This document shows, one piece after another, positions 18,041-26,855 of a DNA stretch of 62,786 nucleotides. The position numbers and the translations under genes were made by a program. Each line of letters starts with the position of its first letter. Position 1 is the stretch's first letter. A model generated the notes under the pieces. It had not been told where the DNA came from and did not search any database. It was given only the letters and a program-made list of their open reading frames with translations. The stretch is from Candidatus Magasanikiibacteriota bacterium. Lineage in GTDB: Bacteria > Patescibacteriota > Patescibacteriia > Magasanikbacterales > GWA2-37-8. The stretch covers positions 1-62,786 of the forward strand of contig JAHFHZ010000002.1 in the NCBI GenBank assembly GCA_023246715.1. The letters are read 5' to 3'.

Positions 18041-19477
18041 TTAAAGCACATGTACTCTGCCCGTTTCAGCATCCAAGAGCACCCGGTCGCCGCTTTGCAA
18101 TACTTCGGTGGCAATTTTGGTTCCGATAATACAAGGTTTGCCCATTTCACGGCTAATAATGGCCGCATGGCAGGTCAGGCCGCCCTCGTCGGTAATAAAT
18201 CCGGCGGCGCGCTGCATCGCTGGCAAAAATTCGGGCCTGGTCATGGAGGCGACCAATATTTCACCGTTGGCCACAGTGGCAATATCGCTGACTGTTCGAC
18301 AGACCCGCACGACACCTTCTACCCGCCCCTTACTTGCGATAATACCTTTTAATTCCGACTGCGGAGCAATTACGGGTACTTGCAATGCTTGCACAATTTG
18401 CCAATAGGCGTCGCCCGCGAAAATGGTCGTTTCATTTGGCAGGGCATACCAGGCTGAACCGGCCAAACGCTCCTTGACGGACGCGTGGAAAGATTCGTCC
18501 GCAAGACGTTCTGGGGTCAATTCCTCTGGTAAACAATAGCGCAATTCCGGCAGACTCCACCCGGCTGCTCCAGCCAGGGGTTCGAGAACCGTGTCTAGCA
18601 GGGAAATTACTTGAAAAATATTTTTCTTACGCTCGTCTTGCCAACGGAACGACGTTTCGATAGTTTGAATAATAAAACGTTCTTCAGTGCCCAAGCGTAA
18701 CTTGGCCATCAATAGTTCTTTTACCTCGGGCGCGACCAAGGCATTCACAGGTTCAACCGTAATAGCTTCGGAGCGAGCCAAAATTTCGGCATCAGTAAAA
18801 TTTTTTGCTCCGGTGTAATTATTTTCGATCCAGTAGAATTGTTCTTTGAATTGATCAAGCAAGGATTGTTGTTCGGGACCGCCACTCCTTAAGCGAAAAA
18901 GTAATTGGAGCGCCCGAAAAATAAACGAAGGATAGAGCGGCGAACACAGGATGCTAAAATCCAGTTCATTGTAGACTTTCCGAGCTTGAAGCAATTCGCG
19001 TAAACGAATTTCGCTGACAAACGTAATTCCTTCCAGGGCATGGCCATAATTGGCAGCAAACGGCATAACTGCGGCCACCGCTCGCGCCGAACGCGCAAGG
19101 GAGCTGATTTTATTATCTGAAATAACCCCAAGCAGATCCTGGGCATTTTTAAATTTAGCATCAAACAAAGCCTGTGAGCCTTTTTCAAGCTCGAGCAATT
19201 TTTCAAGGTTATTCACTCTTTCATAATACGATTCGCCAATCTTTTGCCAGTCGGATTGATCGTAATACATTCGCGCATGGCCACCGCTGAACAGATAAAA
19301 AAAGTGCGTGTAATTAGCAAACACAGGCTCGTGCATCCAACCCGATAAACTAGCCGCGGGGTGCAGGTATAAAGGAGTCCCGTTGAACCCTTGGATGTTC
19401 CATTGATGTGATTTAATAATTTGTACTAGTTCTGATTGAGACAGCATACACGAGCAACAGCGTCTGATTGAAGGCAT
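18041..19477 (-). CDS. Swivel-domain protein paralog B (unknown N-domain + C-terminal PEP-utilizer mobile domain)
   Basis: The C-terminus reads LKGIIASKGRVEG...ILVASMTRPEFLPAMQRAAGFITDEGGLTCHAAIISREMGKPCIIG. The N-domain carries FYWIENNY. Confidence 0.8.
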   Translation of the reverse strand: MPSIRRCCSCMLSQSELVQIIKSHQWNIQGFNGTPLYLHPAASLSGWMHEPVFANYTHFFYLFSGGHARMYYDQSDWQKIGESYYERVNNLEKLLELEKGSQALFDAKFKNAQDLLGVISDNKISSLARSARAVAAVMPFAANYGHALEGITFVSEIRLRELLQARKVYNELDFSILCSPLYPSFIFRALQLLFRLRSGGPEQQSLLDQFKEQFYWIENNYTGAKNFTDAEILARSEAITVEPVNALVAPEVKELLMAKLRLGTEERFIIQTIETSFRWQDERKKNIFQVISLLDTVLEPLAGAAGWSLPELRYCLPEELTPERLADESFHASVKERLAGSAWYALPNETTIFAGDAYWQIVQALQVPVIAPQSELKGIIASKGRVEGVVRVCRTVSDIATVANGEILVASMTRPEFLPAMQRAAGFITDEGGLTCHAAIISREMGKPCIIGTKIATEVLQSGDRVLLDAETGRVHVL

Positions 19478-19480
19478 TTT

Positions 19481-21751
19481 TTAGGAGAGCTTTTCAACTG
19501 CTCCCTGAGTGATTACTTTTGGCGGCACGGCGGGGCGAGGAACGGAAGGCGGGGCTGTTGGGGTTGGCGCCAGAGCAGTCGGGACAGGAGCAATTGGTTC
19601 TACGGGCGCGGTGGGCGCGGTTACTAGCTGGGCAGTGAGTTCTGTTTTTGGAAAAATATTTAATGGCGGGGGCTTGGCCAAACCCCCTGAAGCGTTTTCG
19701 GGTCGCGGAGAAGTCGGAGAAATGGTTGGCGCGGTGGATGCTGCTGGCCGGGGGCCACTTGTTTGCGAGCTAACATTTCGATCGGCAACCGGTTTTTGTT
19801 GCTGGCGGGGTGGTTGACTTTGCGAGGAAGAATTTCCGCTACCCGAAGAGCGAGATTGGCCGCCGCGACCGCCGCCCTGGTTGCCACGACCATCACCACG
19901 ATTTGATTTATCCTTCTTTTGGCCAGGATTGTTTCCAATACCCGGATGCCTGGTAGGCTCGTTTTTCGGCAAAATACTAGAGAGTGAGATTCCCTTTTGT
20001 TCGGCATCCACCAATAGTACTTTTTCTCCGCCTGAGGGGGGTAAACCACCTGTCTTTTTGTTACGACGAGAGTCTGATGAGCCTTCGCGGCGAGACGAGC
20101 CTGAACTGGAAAATTGACCGCTGGAACTGCTTTGCGGGCGGGGTGGTTGACTGTTACCGGAACTTGTTTGCGCTTGGCGGGGCGGGGTTAGGCTCACCAA
20201 CCGAGGCGTGGGAGCCTCCACAACAGGGGCAGGGGTCGCCGGAGCGGCTGGGCGGGGCGCCGGGGTGGCAACAACGGACGGGGGGGCAGGCGGCGCGGGA
20301 GTTGTGGCAGATGGTGGCAGTGCACCCTGCGCGGCAGAGGCGGCATCTTCGGCGGCGGCAGTATTAACGACGCCAGACAATTCAGCGGTTTCTTCATCAA
20401 GGGCATCAAGCGCGTCTTCGGCCGAGAGTATCATACCACTCCAACGAGCAATTTTATCTTCGATTTTATCGCGGCTGACCGCGTAGCGCTCGCGCGATAC
20501 TTTAATTACGCGCTCCAAGCTGCCGGTGGCACTGCCGATTGGGGGCATGGTGAGGGCGCTGAACGGGCGCGAGGCCACGCCGTCGATCATTAATTTTAAA
20601 TAGGTATGAAACTTTGGCAGGTTGACCAAATCTTCTTCCACGAACGTGGGCGCAAATTCTTTGGCCAGGATTTCGGCATCGGTGGAACCAACCCGGAACA
20701 CCACCATGGTGCCGACGTTACCGATTACGGCGGCCAGTACTTTTTCGTCGAGCTGTTCCATGTACTGATGGGCCATAATCAAATCCAGGCGATATTTGCG
20801 CGCTTCAGAAAGGATGCCGGCAAAACTTTCGGTGGCAAAGTTCTGGAATTCATCGACATACAGAAAAAAATCATTACGGAGCGGCTCGGGCGTGTCGACG
20901 CGTTCCATTGCCGAGAGCTGAATTTTGGTAATTAACATGCCCCCCAGTAGGCGGGAATTATCTTCACCGATACGGCCTTTTGATAAATTGATAATAAAAA
21001 TTTTCTTGGTGTCCATTATTTCACGAATGTTGATGCGTGATTTTACCTGGGCGACAATGTTACGGATAATTGAAGCCGACAAGAATTGCCCGATTTTATT
21101 TTGGATCGGGGCCACGGCTTCCTGGCGAAACTTGTCGCTATAGCTGGCGAATTCCGTTTGCCAGAAAGCTTTCACTACCGGGTCTTTAAGGTTGGCGACC
21201 ACGCGTTTGCGATACTCAGCGTCGGCTAAAAGACGGTTAATACCAAGCAAAGTGGTACCGGGAAAATCAAGCAAGGCCAGAATGGTGTTGTTGAGAATGT
21301 ATTCCATACGGGCGCTCCAGACATCGGGCCAGATTTTTTTGAACACGCCCATGAGGCCAGAAGCCACCAAATGCCGGTATTCAGGGTTGATGGATTCCAG
21401 GATATTAAACCCGATCGGATAATCAATGTCGCAGGGATTGAAATAAACTACATCGTTGATGCGGTTCGGCGGGATAAAGTCCAGAATTTTTTCGGCAAAG
21501 TCACCGTGCGGATCGACCAAGCCGATACCATGCCCGCCATATACATCGTTAAGCACCATGTTTTCAAGGACGGTGGTTTTACCCATGCCGGTTTTGCCGA
21601 CCACGTACATATGGCGACGGCGGTCATCGAGTTTAATGCCAAAACGCCGGTTATGATTCCGGTAATTGGTGAGCCCGAAAAAGTTGATCGGATTACTGTT
21701 CGGCGCGGGCGTGGGAATGGGTTGTGGGGCACTGGAGAGAGAATCGATCAT
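19481..21751 (-). CDS. TraD/VirD4-like (type IV coupling protein / HerA-FtsK superfamily) P-loop ATPase with a long disordered C-terminal tail
   Basis: Walker A VVGKTGMGKTT and Walker B FFLYVDEFQNF are present, and no N-terminal TM helices are visible. Residues from about 445 to 756 are Pro/Ala/Ser/Gly/Gln-rich with an RGG stretch (GDGRGNQGGGRGGQ). Confidence 0.72.
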   Translation of the reverse strand: MIDSLSSAPQPIPTPAPNSNPINFFGLTNYRNHNRRFGIKLDDRRRHMYVVGKTGMGKTTVLENMVLNDVYGGHGIGLVDPHGDFAEKILDFIPPNRINDVVYFNPCDIDYPIGFNILESINPEYRHLVASGLMGVFKKIWPDVWSARMEYILNNTILALLDFPGTTLLGINRLLADAEYRKRVVANLKDPVVKAFWQTEFASYSDKFRQEAVAPIQNKIGQFLSASIIRNIVAQVKSRINIREIMDTKKIFIINLSKGRIGEDNSRLLGGMLITKIQLSAMERVDTPEPLRNDFFLYVDEFQNFATESFAGILSEARKYRLDLIMAHQYMEQLDEKVLAAVIGNVGTMVVFRVGSTDAEILAKEFAPTFVEEDLVNLPKFHTYLKLMIDGVASRPFSALTMPPIGSATGSLERVIKVSRERYAVSRDKIEDKIARWSGMILSAEDALDALDEETAELSGVVNTAAAEDAASAAQGALPPSATTPAPPAPPSVVATPAPRPAAPATPAPVVEAPTPRLVSLTPPRQAQTSSGNSQPPRPQSSSSGQFSSSGSSRREGSSDSRRNKKTGGLPPSGGEKVLLVDAEQKGISLSSILPKNEPTRHPGIGNNPGQKKDKSNRGDGRGNQGGGRGGQSRSSGSGNSSSQSQPPRQQQKPVADRNVSSQTSGPRPAASTAPTISPTSPRPENASGGLAKPPPLNIFPKTELTAQLVTAPTAPVEPIAPVPTALAPTPTAPPSVPRPAVPPKVITQGAVEKLS

Positions 21752-21786
21752 GACTGTAGTATAGCCTTAAAGCAGCTTTAATTCAA

Positions 21787-22494
21787 TTAGATATTCAGGT
21801 ATTCCTGCCAATACTTAAAGAGCTCCCCCGTGGAGCGCAGATCGCCAACATTGTAGCGCGCTATATCAACGAATTTTTTCTCTTTAAACAAAGCACCAAC
21901 ATCATCGCCGGTGATGCCGCCGGCCTTGGGACTGGTAATGCCAAACGCGCGGCAAGCCAGGTGTAGGCTGGAGCGCTTAAACATGGCCCCGTAAAATGAC
22001 AGCTGATCGCACAGATCAATATGGCGGCAGCCACGTTGTAGCCCGAGGTATCGATTAGAAAGCAAATTTTTGCTGGGCCGGATTTTATGAATAGCCGAAC
22101 GGATCATTAAATACGGCGCGTCAAAGCCGCGGCCATTGAAGGTGACAAAATCATCGTAATTTTTGGCGCCCTGCCAGAACTGTTCAAGCATTTCTTTTTC
22201 CGTGCGCTGTTTAAAAACCATGCCCTCTTCCTCGAAATCTTCGTTTGCCTCACCCGGAGCCTGGTAGTAAATCACTCCTTTATTTTTTTCGGCATCCAGC
22301 ACACCAATTACCACAATTTCTCCAGTGAGCGGCGAAAAACCAAGACCGTTTTTGATGTCATCGAGCGCTGCTTCATATTCACCTTCGGTTTTGGAAGTTT
22401 TTTCGATCCAGCGGGTGAGCATGTGCTGGGTAGTTTCATCAAGCGCGGCATAATCCTCACCGACTGTTTCCAGGTCAAAAATCAAGGTGGACAT
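21787..22494 (-). CDS. RNase H-fold 3'-5' exonuclease (PolB-exonuclease-like), second paralog
   Basis: Contains FDLETVG, FNGRGFDAPYLMIRS and YNVGDLRST blocks. The start is at the internal ATG (MSTLIFDLE) because the longer ORF overlaps the upstream NUDIX gene. Confidence 0.65.
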   Translation of the reverse strand: MSTLIFDLETVGEDYAALDETTQHMLTRWIEKTSKTEGEYEAALDDIKNGLGFSPLTGEIVVIGVLDAEKNKGVIYYQAPGEANEDFEEEGMVFKQRTEKEMLEQFWQGAKNYDDFVTFNGRGFDAPYLMIRSAIHKIRPSKNLLSNRYLGLQRGCRHIDLCDQLSFYGAMFKRSSLHLACRAFGITSPKAGGITGDDVGALFKEKKFVDIARYNVGDLRSTGELFKYWQEYLNI

Positions 22495-22510
22495 AGTACA
22501 AATAAATATG

Positions 22511-23047
22511 TTACTCACTTTTGGCCAAGCGCTCACGCACTAGGGCCCAGGCGGACAGGGTCGTGGCGCTGGTCACTTCGCCATTGATAATCATCCGCGA
22601 AAATTCATCAACCCGGCGATAGAATATCTCCACTTCTTCGGTCTCGTCTAAACGCTGCGAGCCGACGGGTTCAACCCCCTTGGCGATAAAAACATGAATT
22701 ACATTTTTAAAACTTGGCGAATTGAATTGCCCCACTTTAATTATTTCAATGGCGTCACAACCAGTTTCTTCGGCTAATTCGCGTTCAGCGGTTTGCAAAA
22801 TGCTTTCGCCAGGCTGGTTGTGGCCCGCGGGGAATTCGATTTTCCAGGCATCCCAAATGTAGCGGTATTGGCGAATCAGCAATAAGCGGCCATCAGTGAG
22901 AATAGGAACAACGACGGCCACGGCAGGCTTGTTCCCATAATAATGCTCGCCGGTGGTACCGTTGGCCCGTTCGTAGACATCGTGACAATATTCCCACCAC
23001 GGGTTCGTATGAATAACTTCGGAAGAAATTATTTTTACTTGCGGCAT
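22511..23047 (-). CDS. NUDIX hydrolase (ADP-ribose pyrophosphatase-like)
   Basis: Nudix box GHNQPGESILQTAERELAEETG (G-x5-E-x7-REUxEExGU). Confidence 0.85.
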   Translation of the reverse strand: MPQVKIISSEVIHTNPWWEYCHDVYERANGTTGEHYYGNKPAVAVVVPILTDGRLLLIRQYRYIWDAWKIEFPAGHNQPGESILQTAERELAEETGCDAIEIIKVGQFNSPSFKNVIHVFIAKGVEPVGSQRLDETEEVEIFYRRVDEFSRMIINGEVTSATTLSAWALVRERLAKSE

Positions 23048-23053
23048 AGAGAA

Positions 23054-23458
23054 TTATTTTTTAAACAGTTCAGCCAGCTCGGCAACGCTCGCTCCGCCAG
23101 GATTTTTGATAATCGAATGGATCGATCCCCCGCCGTCGCCCTCGTAGCGCGGTAGTATATGCCAATGCACATGGGGAACGGCTTGCCCGGCGACCGGCCC
23201 ATTGTTAACGCAAATATTCATACCATCTGGATTCAGCCGCGCCTGAACGCGTCCGGCGGCACCGCGCAAACCGGCGCTTAAGAGTTGGAAGGACTCAACA
23301 TTCATATCCCACAAATTGGTAAAATGCTGTTTAGGGATCACGACGGTATGCCCCTTGGCGCAGGGGAAAATATCCAAAAAAGCCAGCACAAATTGATCTT
23401 CGTACACGGTGTGATTGGGAATTTGACCAGCAACAATTTTACAAAAAAGACAATCCAT
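23054..23458 (-). CDS. HIT-family (histidine triad) nucleotide hydrolase
   Basis: Histidine triad HVHWHILPR and an N-terminal CLFCKI zinc-binding motif; 134 aa. Confidence 0.9.
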   Translation of the reverse strand: MDCLFCKIVAGQIPNHTVYEDQFVLAFLDIFPCAKGHTVVIPKQHFTNLWDMNVESFQLLSAGLRGAAGRVQARLNPDGMNICVNNGPVAGQAVPHVHWHILPRYEGDGGGSIHSIIKNPGGASVAELAELFKK

Positions 23459-23475
23459 AGATATTTATTTGGAGT

Positions 23476-25305
23476 TTATTTAGTATACTGCCAAACCCCC
23501 ACATCGCCAAACCGAGCGACAAAAAACTTTTTGGTTTTGGCGCTATGGAATGGAGCAACAACATAACACTGTTCAGCGCCAGACAAACTAAGCGCCTCTT
23601 GCCAGGCAGCTTGATTGCCTGGATTACGCACCAAATCAGCGTACAGGCGGGCTTGTTCAGGTTGCGCAAAGTATTGGCTGATCGGCAACCCTCCGCCGAT
23701 AATCTGTCGCGCAGAAGCAGCTTCCAGCGCCAGGAGCGGGTAGGTATCGGCCACCACACACGGCGCGTGGTCCTTTTTTTGAATCAAGCCCCACACATAT
23801 TGGACACCCAAATATTGATCAGCGCTGAGCGTGCCGGTATCGGGGCCGAGCGAATACGAAGCAGCGGTTGCCGCTGAAACGAAGATGGCTGCCGCAATGC
23901 CGCTAACGCGACGCCAACGCGCGATACTCACTGATTCCTGCCAGGCAAAAAAACCGATACTACAAAGCGTAATCCAGAGTAGCGCCAAAACTGGATCAAG
24001 TCGCCGCGTGAGTACCTGTTCACCGATTAGCAGGTAACGACTCAGGCAATAACCAAGACTCACCGCAACTGTACAAGCAGCCAGCCATTGTTGCAAAATG
24101 CTGCGGCTGCGCCACAGTCGGGCCAGGCCAAGCGCTAGGCAGGCAAAAAAAGCCAGCATAAACAAAACTAACCACCAACGAGACCAGGTGAAAGCATTGG
24201 CTACGAAAGCGGACAACGGTGTTTGATTGAAAATAATATTACCCGTAGCAATATCGTGCGCTCGCGGGCCAGCGGCAAGGTACGCGGCAGTCAAGTTGCC
24301 AACGAGCTGTTTGACCTGCCCTAACACATTCACCCCTGGGTTAAACCCGGCAAACCCCGCGACTAGTTCAAGCAGGGGCAGCACCAGAGCCGAACTGAGC
24401 GCCACCGCTGCCAGCGCCAGGTGACGGCTTCGAGCGCGCCAATCGGCCCGGGCTAGAGCGGAAATTAAAAAAAATATCACCAGCTGTAACGCAAACAAAA
24501 CAGCGTAAAGCGTATAGCCGAACAAAATAATAGCCCCCACAACCAATAAAGGAATTAAATTACCACGAGCGCGTTTTTCGGTGTAACGTGCCAAGAGCAC
24601 GGTTCCCCCCAGCCACGGCAAAAAACCAAGCGTGGAGGGCAGGGTCAGGGAACCGCTGGCGGTGAGCGCGAAAGGCAAAAAACTAAACCAAACCACTAGC
24701 AGCGCTTTTTTTGTTTCGAGTCCGAGCGCGCGGGCAAACGAATATAAAAGAAGTGGAAAGCTAACTGACCACAACACTGGTACCAGCCAGATGGTAACCA
24801 CGAGCAAGCTAAAGCCAAAAAATTTGGCAACACCGATGGTCAGCCACCAGAGAGACGCATAACTTAACGCGCCCAGATCAAGCCGTTGAATAAATGACTG
24901 CGTTGCCTGATCGGAAATGACTGCGGGGGCAAGGGGCAGACCGCTCAAAAGCCTTTGTTCACTACCAATATGCCGCCAGCCATCGGCCCCATAAAGCAAG
25001 CTGTGCGAAAGCGGTAAATAGGAATGAAAGACAAGACTATGAAGCACGATTGCCGCTAAGATAAGCCCAGTAGGGGCACGGGAAAAAATAATCCCCGCCA
25101 ATAGCAGCGTATTGAAACAAAAAATATATAGAAAAGGCGCAGGAATTATTTGCCACGGCGTGGTTGCCGAGGAATCACCGCCGTTTACAGCCAAAACACC
25201 CACAGCGATAGCCGAGCCAACTATAAATAGGCCGAAAAGCCCTAATTCTCTTTTGGAAAGACGTATATTCATACAGGTAGGAAAAGTATAACATCGCGCC
25301 GTCAA
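23476..25305 (-). CDS. Large polytopic membrane protein, function unknown (possibly GT-C-like)
   Basis: 609-aa ORF with more than 12 hydrophobic segments and a ~130-aa soluble C-terminal region. No catalytic motif was recognised by eye. Confidence 0.5.
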   Translation of the reverse strand: MTARCYTFPTCMNIRLSKRELGLFGLFIVGSAIAVGVLAVNGGDSSATTPWQIIPAPFLYIFCFNTLLLAGIIFSRAPTGLILAAIVLHSLVFHSYLPLSHSLLYGADGWRHIGSEQRLLSGLPLAPAVISDQATQSFIQRLDLGALSYASLWWLTIGVAKFFGFSLLVVTIWLVPVLWSVSFPLLLYSFARALGLETKKALLVVWFSFLPFALTASGSLTLPSTLGFLPWLGGTVLLARYTEKRARGNLIPLLVVGAIILFGYTLYAVLFALQLVIFFLISALARADWRARSRHLALAAVALSSALVLPLLELVAGFAGFNPGVNVLGQVKQLVGNLTAAYLAAGPRAHDIATGNIIFNQTPLSAFVANAFTWSRWWLVLFMLAFFACLALGLARLWRSRSILQQWLAACTVAVSLGYCLSRYLLIGEQVLTRRLDPVLALLWITLCSIGFFAWQESVSIARWRRVSGIAAAIFVSAATAASYSLGPDTGTLSADQYLGVQYVWGLIQKKDHAPCVVADTYPLLALEAASARQIIGGGLPISQYFAQPEQARLYADLVRNPGNQAAWQEALSLSGAEQCYVVAPFHSAKTKKFFVARFGDVGVWQYTK

Positions 25306-25334
25306 AATTGAAACGCGGAGCCGGTTTTATCCCC

Positions 25335-25363
25335 TTGCTGTCCCCTGCCGCTTTAGGTACTAT
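25335..25363 (+). promoter_or_regulatory. Putative sigma70-type promoter of dnaB
   Basis: TTGCTG (25335-25340), a 17-nt spacer, then TACTAT (25358-25363). This lies just upstream of the GTG at 25366 and the ATG at 25375, implying a very short or absent leader. Confidence 0.3.
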
Positions 25364-25365
25364 AC

Positions 25366-26838
25366 GTGAGCTTTATGACCACGAGCAGTATTGAAAAAAT
25401 CCCCCCTCAGAGCCTGGAAGCAGAAATGTCTTTTTTAGGTTCAGTTTTGATTGATAAAGACGCCATGTTGAAAGTGGCTGATTTGGTGGGGCCAGAGGAT
25501 TTTTATAAAGATAGTCACGGCAAAATTTTTGAAACCATTCTGGAATTATACGGCCGCAATGAACCGGTTGATTTACTCACGCTCAGCAATCGGCTCAACG
25601 AAAAAGGTTGGTTGGAATCCGTCGGCGGGCGCACGTACCTCGCCGGTCTTACCAACACCGTACCAACCGCATCAAACATTGTGCACTACGCCACGATCGT
25701 GCACCGCAAAGCCACCCGGCGGCGATTATTATCGGCTTCGCACGAGATTAGCCGACTATCATACGCCGAAGAGATGGAAGATATCGAAAAACTACTCGAC
25801 GAGGCGCAGCGTAATTTATTTGGCGTCTCGCAAATTTACTTTAAACAGGCTTTCACGCCGATTCACGTGGTTTTGAATGAAGCCTTTGAACGTATCGATG
25901 AATTACACAAAAATCGAGGACAAATGCGAGGGGTGCCCACGGGTTTTAACCAACTGGATAATCTGTTGGCAGGATTACAAAAATCAGACCTGGTTATTAT
26001 CGCGGCCCGGCCGAGCGTGGGCAAGACTTCATTTGTCCTCGATATTATCCGCCACGTTGCCACGCGCCAAAAAGTGCCGGTTGGTATGTTTTCTTTGGAA
26101 ATGAGCAAGGAACAACTGGTCGACCGCATGCTTTGTTCGGAAGCGAATATTGATTTATGGCGAATGCGCACCGGGCGGTTATCGGACCGCCCCGAAGACG
26201 ACGACTTCCCCCGGCTCGGGCACGCGATTGGCGTGCTGTCGGAAGCGCCGATTTTTATCGATGACACGGCCAACGTAAACATTATGCAGATTCGTACTAA
26301 AGCGCGCCGATTGCAGGCTGAGCATGGCCTGGGGCTGATTGTGATTGACTACTTGCAGCTTATGGAATCGCGTGGCACTAGTGAAAACCGGGTTCAAGAA
26401 GTGGCCGAAATTACCCGTGGCTTGAAAAGCATTGCCCGTGAACTGAATATTCCGGTGGTGGCCTTATCGCAGTTGTCGCGCGTGGTGGAACAAAGCAAAC
26501 CGGCTATCCCCAAATTATCTCATCTGCGTGAATCTGGTTCTATCGAACAGGATGCTGATGTGGTGATGTTTATTTACCGCAAAGCAGCCGACCGCAACTA
26601 CCGCATGGAAGATATCCCACCCGATGAACGAAACGTAGCTGAAATCCATATTGCCAAACATAGGAACGGCCCCACCGGGGTGGTGAAAACAGCCTTTGTA
26701 GAAACGATGGCCTCATTTAGAAATCTGGAAACTCACTACCAAGGCGGTAGTAACGCAGCCAGCGCACCGGGCGGAGCGCCAACGCTGAAGCCAAAATCGG
26801 CGTTTGTGAAACAAAATAATAATTCTCCAGAATATTAA
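25366..26838 (+). CDS. dnaB: Replicative DNA helicase DnaB
   Basis: N-terminal PPQSLEAEMSFLGSVLID, Walker A ARPSVGKTSF, Walker B LIVIDYLQL. Canonical length with no intein. The start is the GTG at 25366 or the ATG at 25375. Confidence 0.92.
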   Translation: MSFMTTSSIEKIPPQSLEAEMSFLGSVLIDKDAMLKVADLVGPEDFYKDSHGKIFETILELYGRNEPVDLLTLSNRLNEKGWLESVGGRTYLAGLTNTVPTASNIVHYATIVHRKATRRRLLSASHEISRLSYAEEMEDIEKLLDEAQRNLFGVSQIYFKQAFTPIHVVLNEAFERIDELHKNRGQMRGVPTGFNQLDNLLAGLQKSDLVIIAARPSVGKTSFVLDIIRHVATRQKVPVGMFSLEMSKEQLVDRMLCSEANIDLWRMRTGRLSDRPEDDDFPRLGHAIGVLSEAPIFIDDTANVNIMQIRTKARRLQAEHGLGLIVIDYLQLMESRGTSENRVQEVAEITRGLKSIARELNIPVVALSQLSRVVEQSKPAIPKLSHLRESGSIEQDADVVMFIYRKAADRNYRMEDIPPDERNVAEIHIAKHRNGPTGVVKTAFVETMASFRNLETHYQGGSNAASAPGGAPTLKPKSAFVKQNNNSPEY

Positions 26839-26855
26839 TAAACTCATTGCAAAAT

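Noticed and set aside
19509-20486. Several 70-130-aa ORFs in other frames or antisense to the ATPase tail (for example 19509-19817, 19660-20049, 19984-20367, 20208-20486).
   Set aside because: These are shadow ORFs produced by the GC-rich Pro/Gly/Ala/Ser-coding repeat region. They have no independent start context and are fully overlapped by the 756-aa ORF.
25366-26838. An intein or mobile insertion in DnaB, a frequent intein host.
   Set aside because: The 490-aa length and uninterrupted Walker A/B and RecA-fold blocks are canonical. There is no extra domain.
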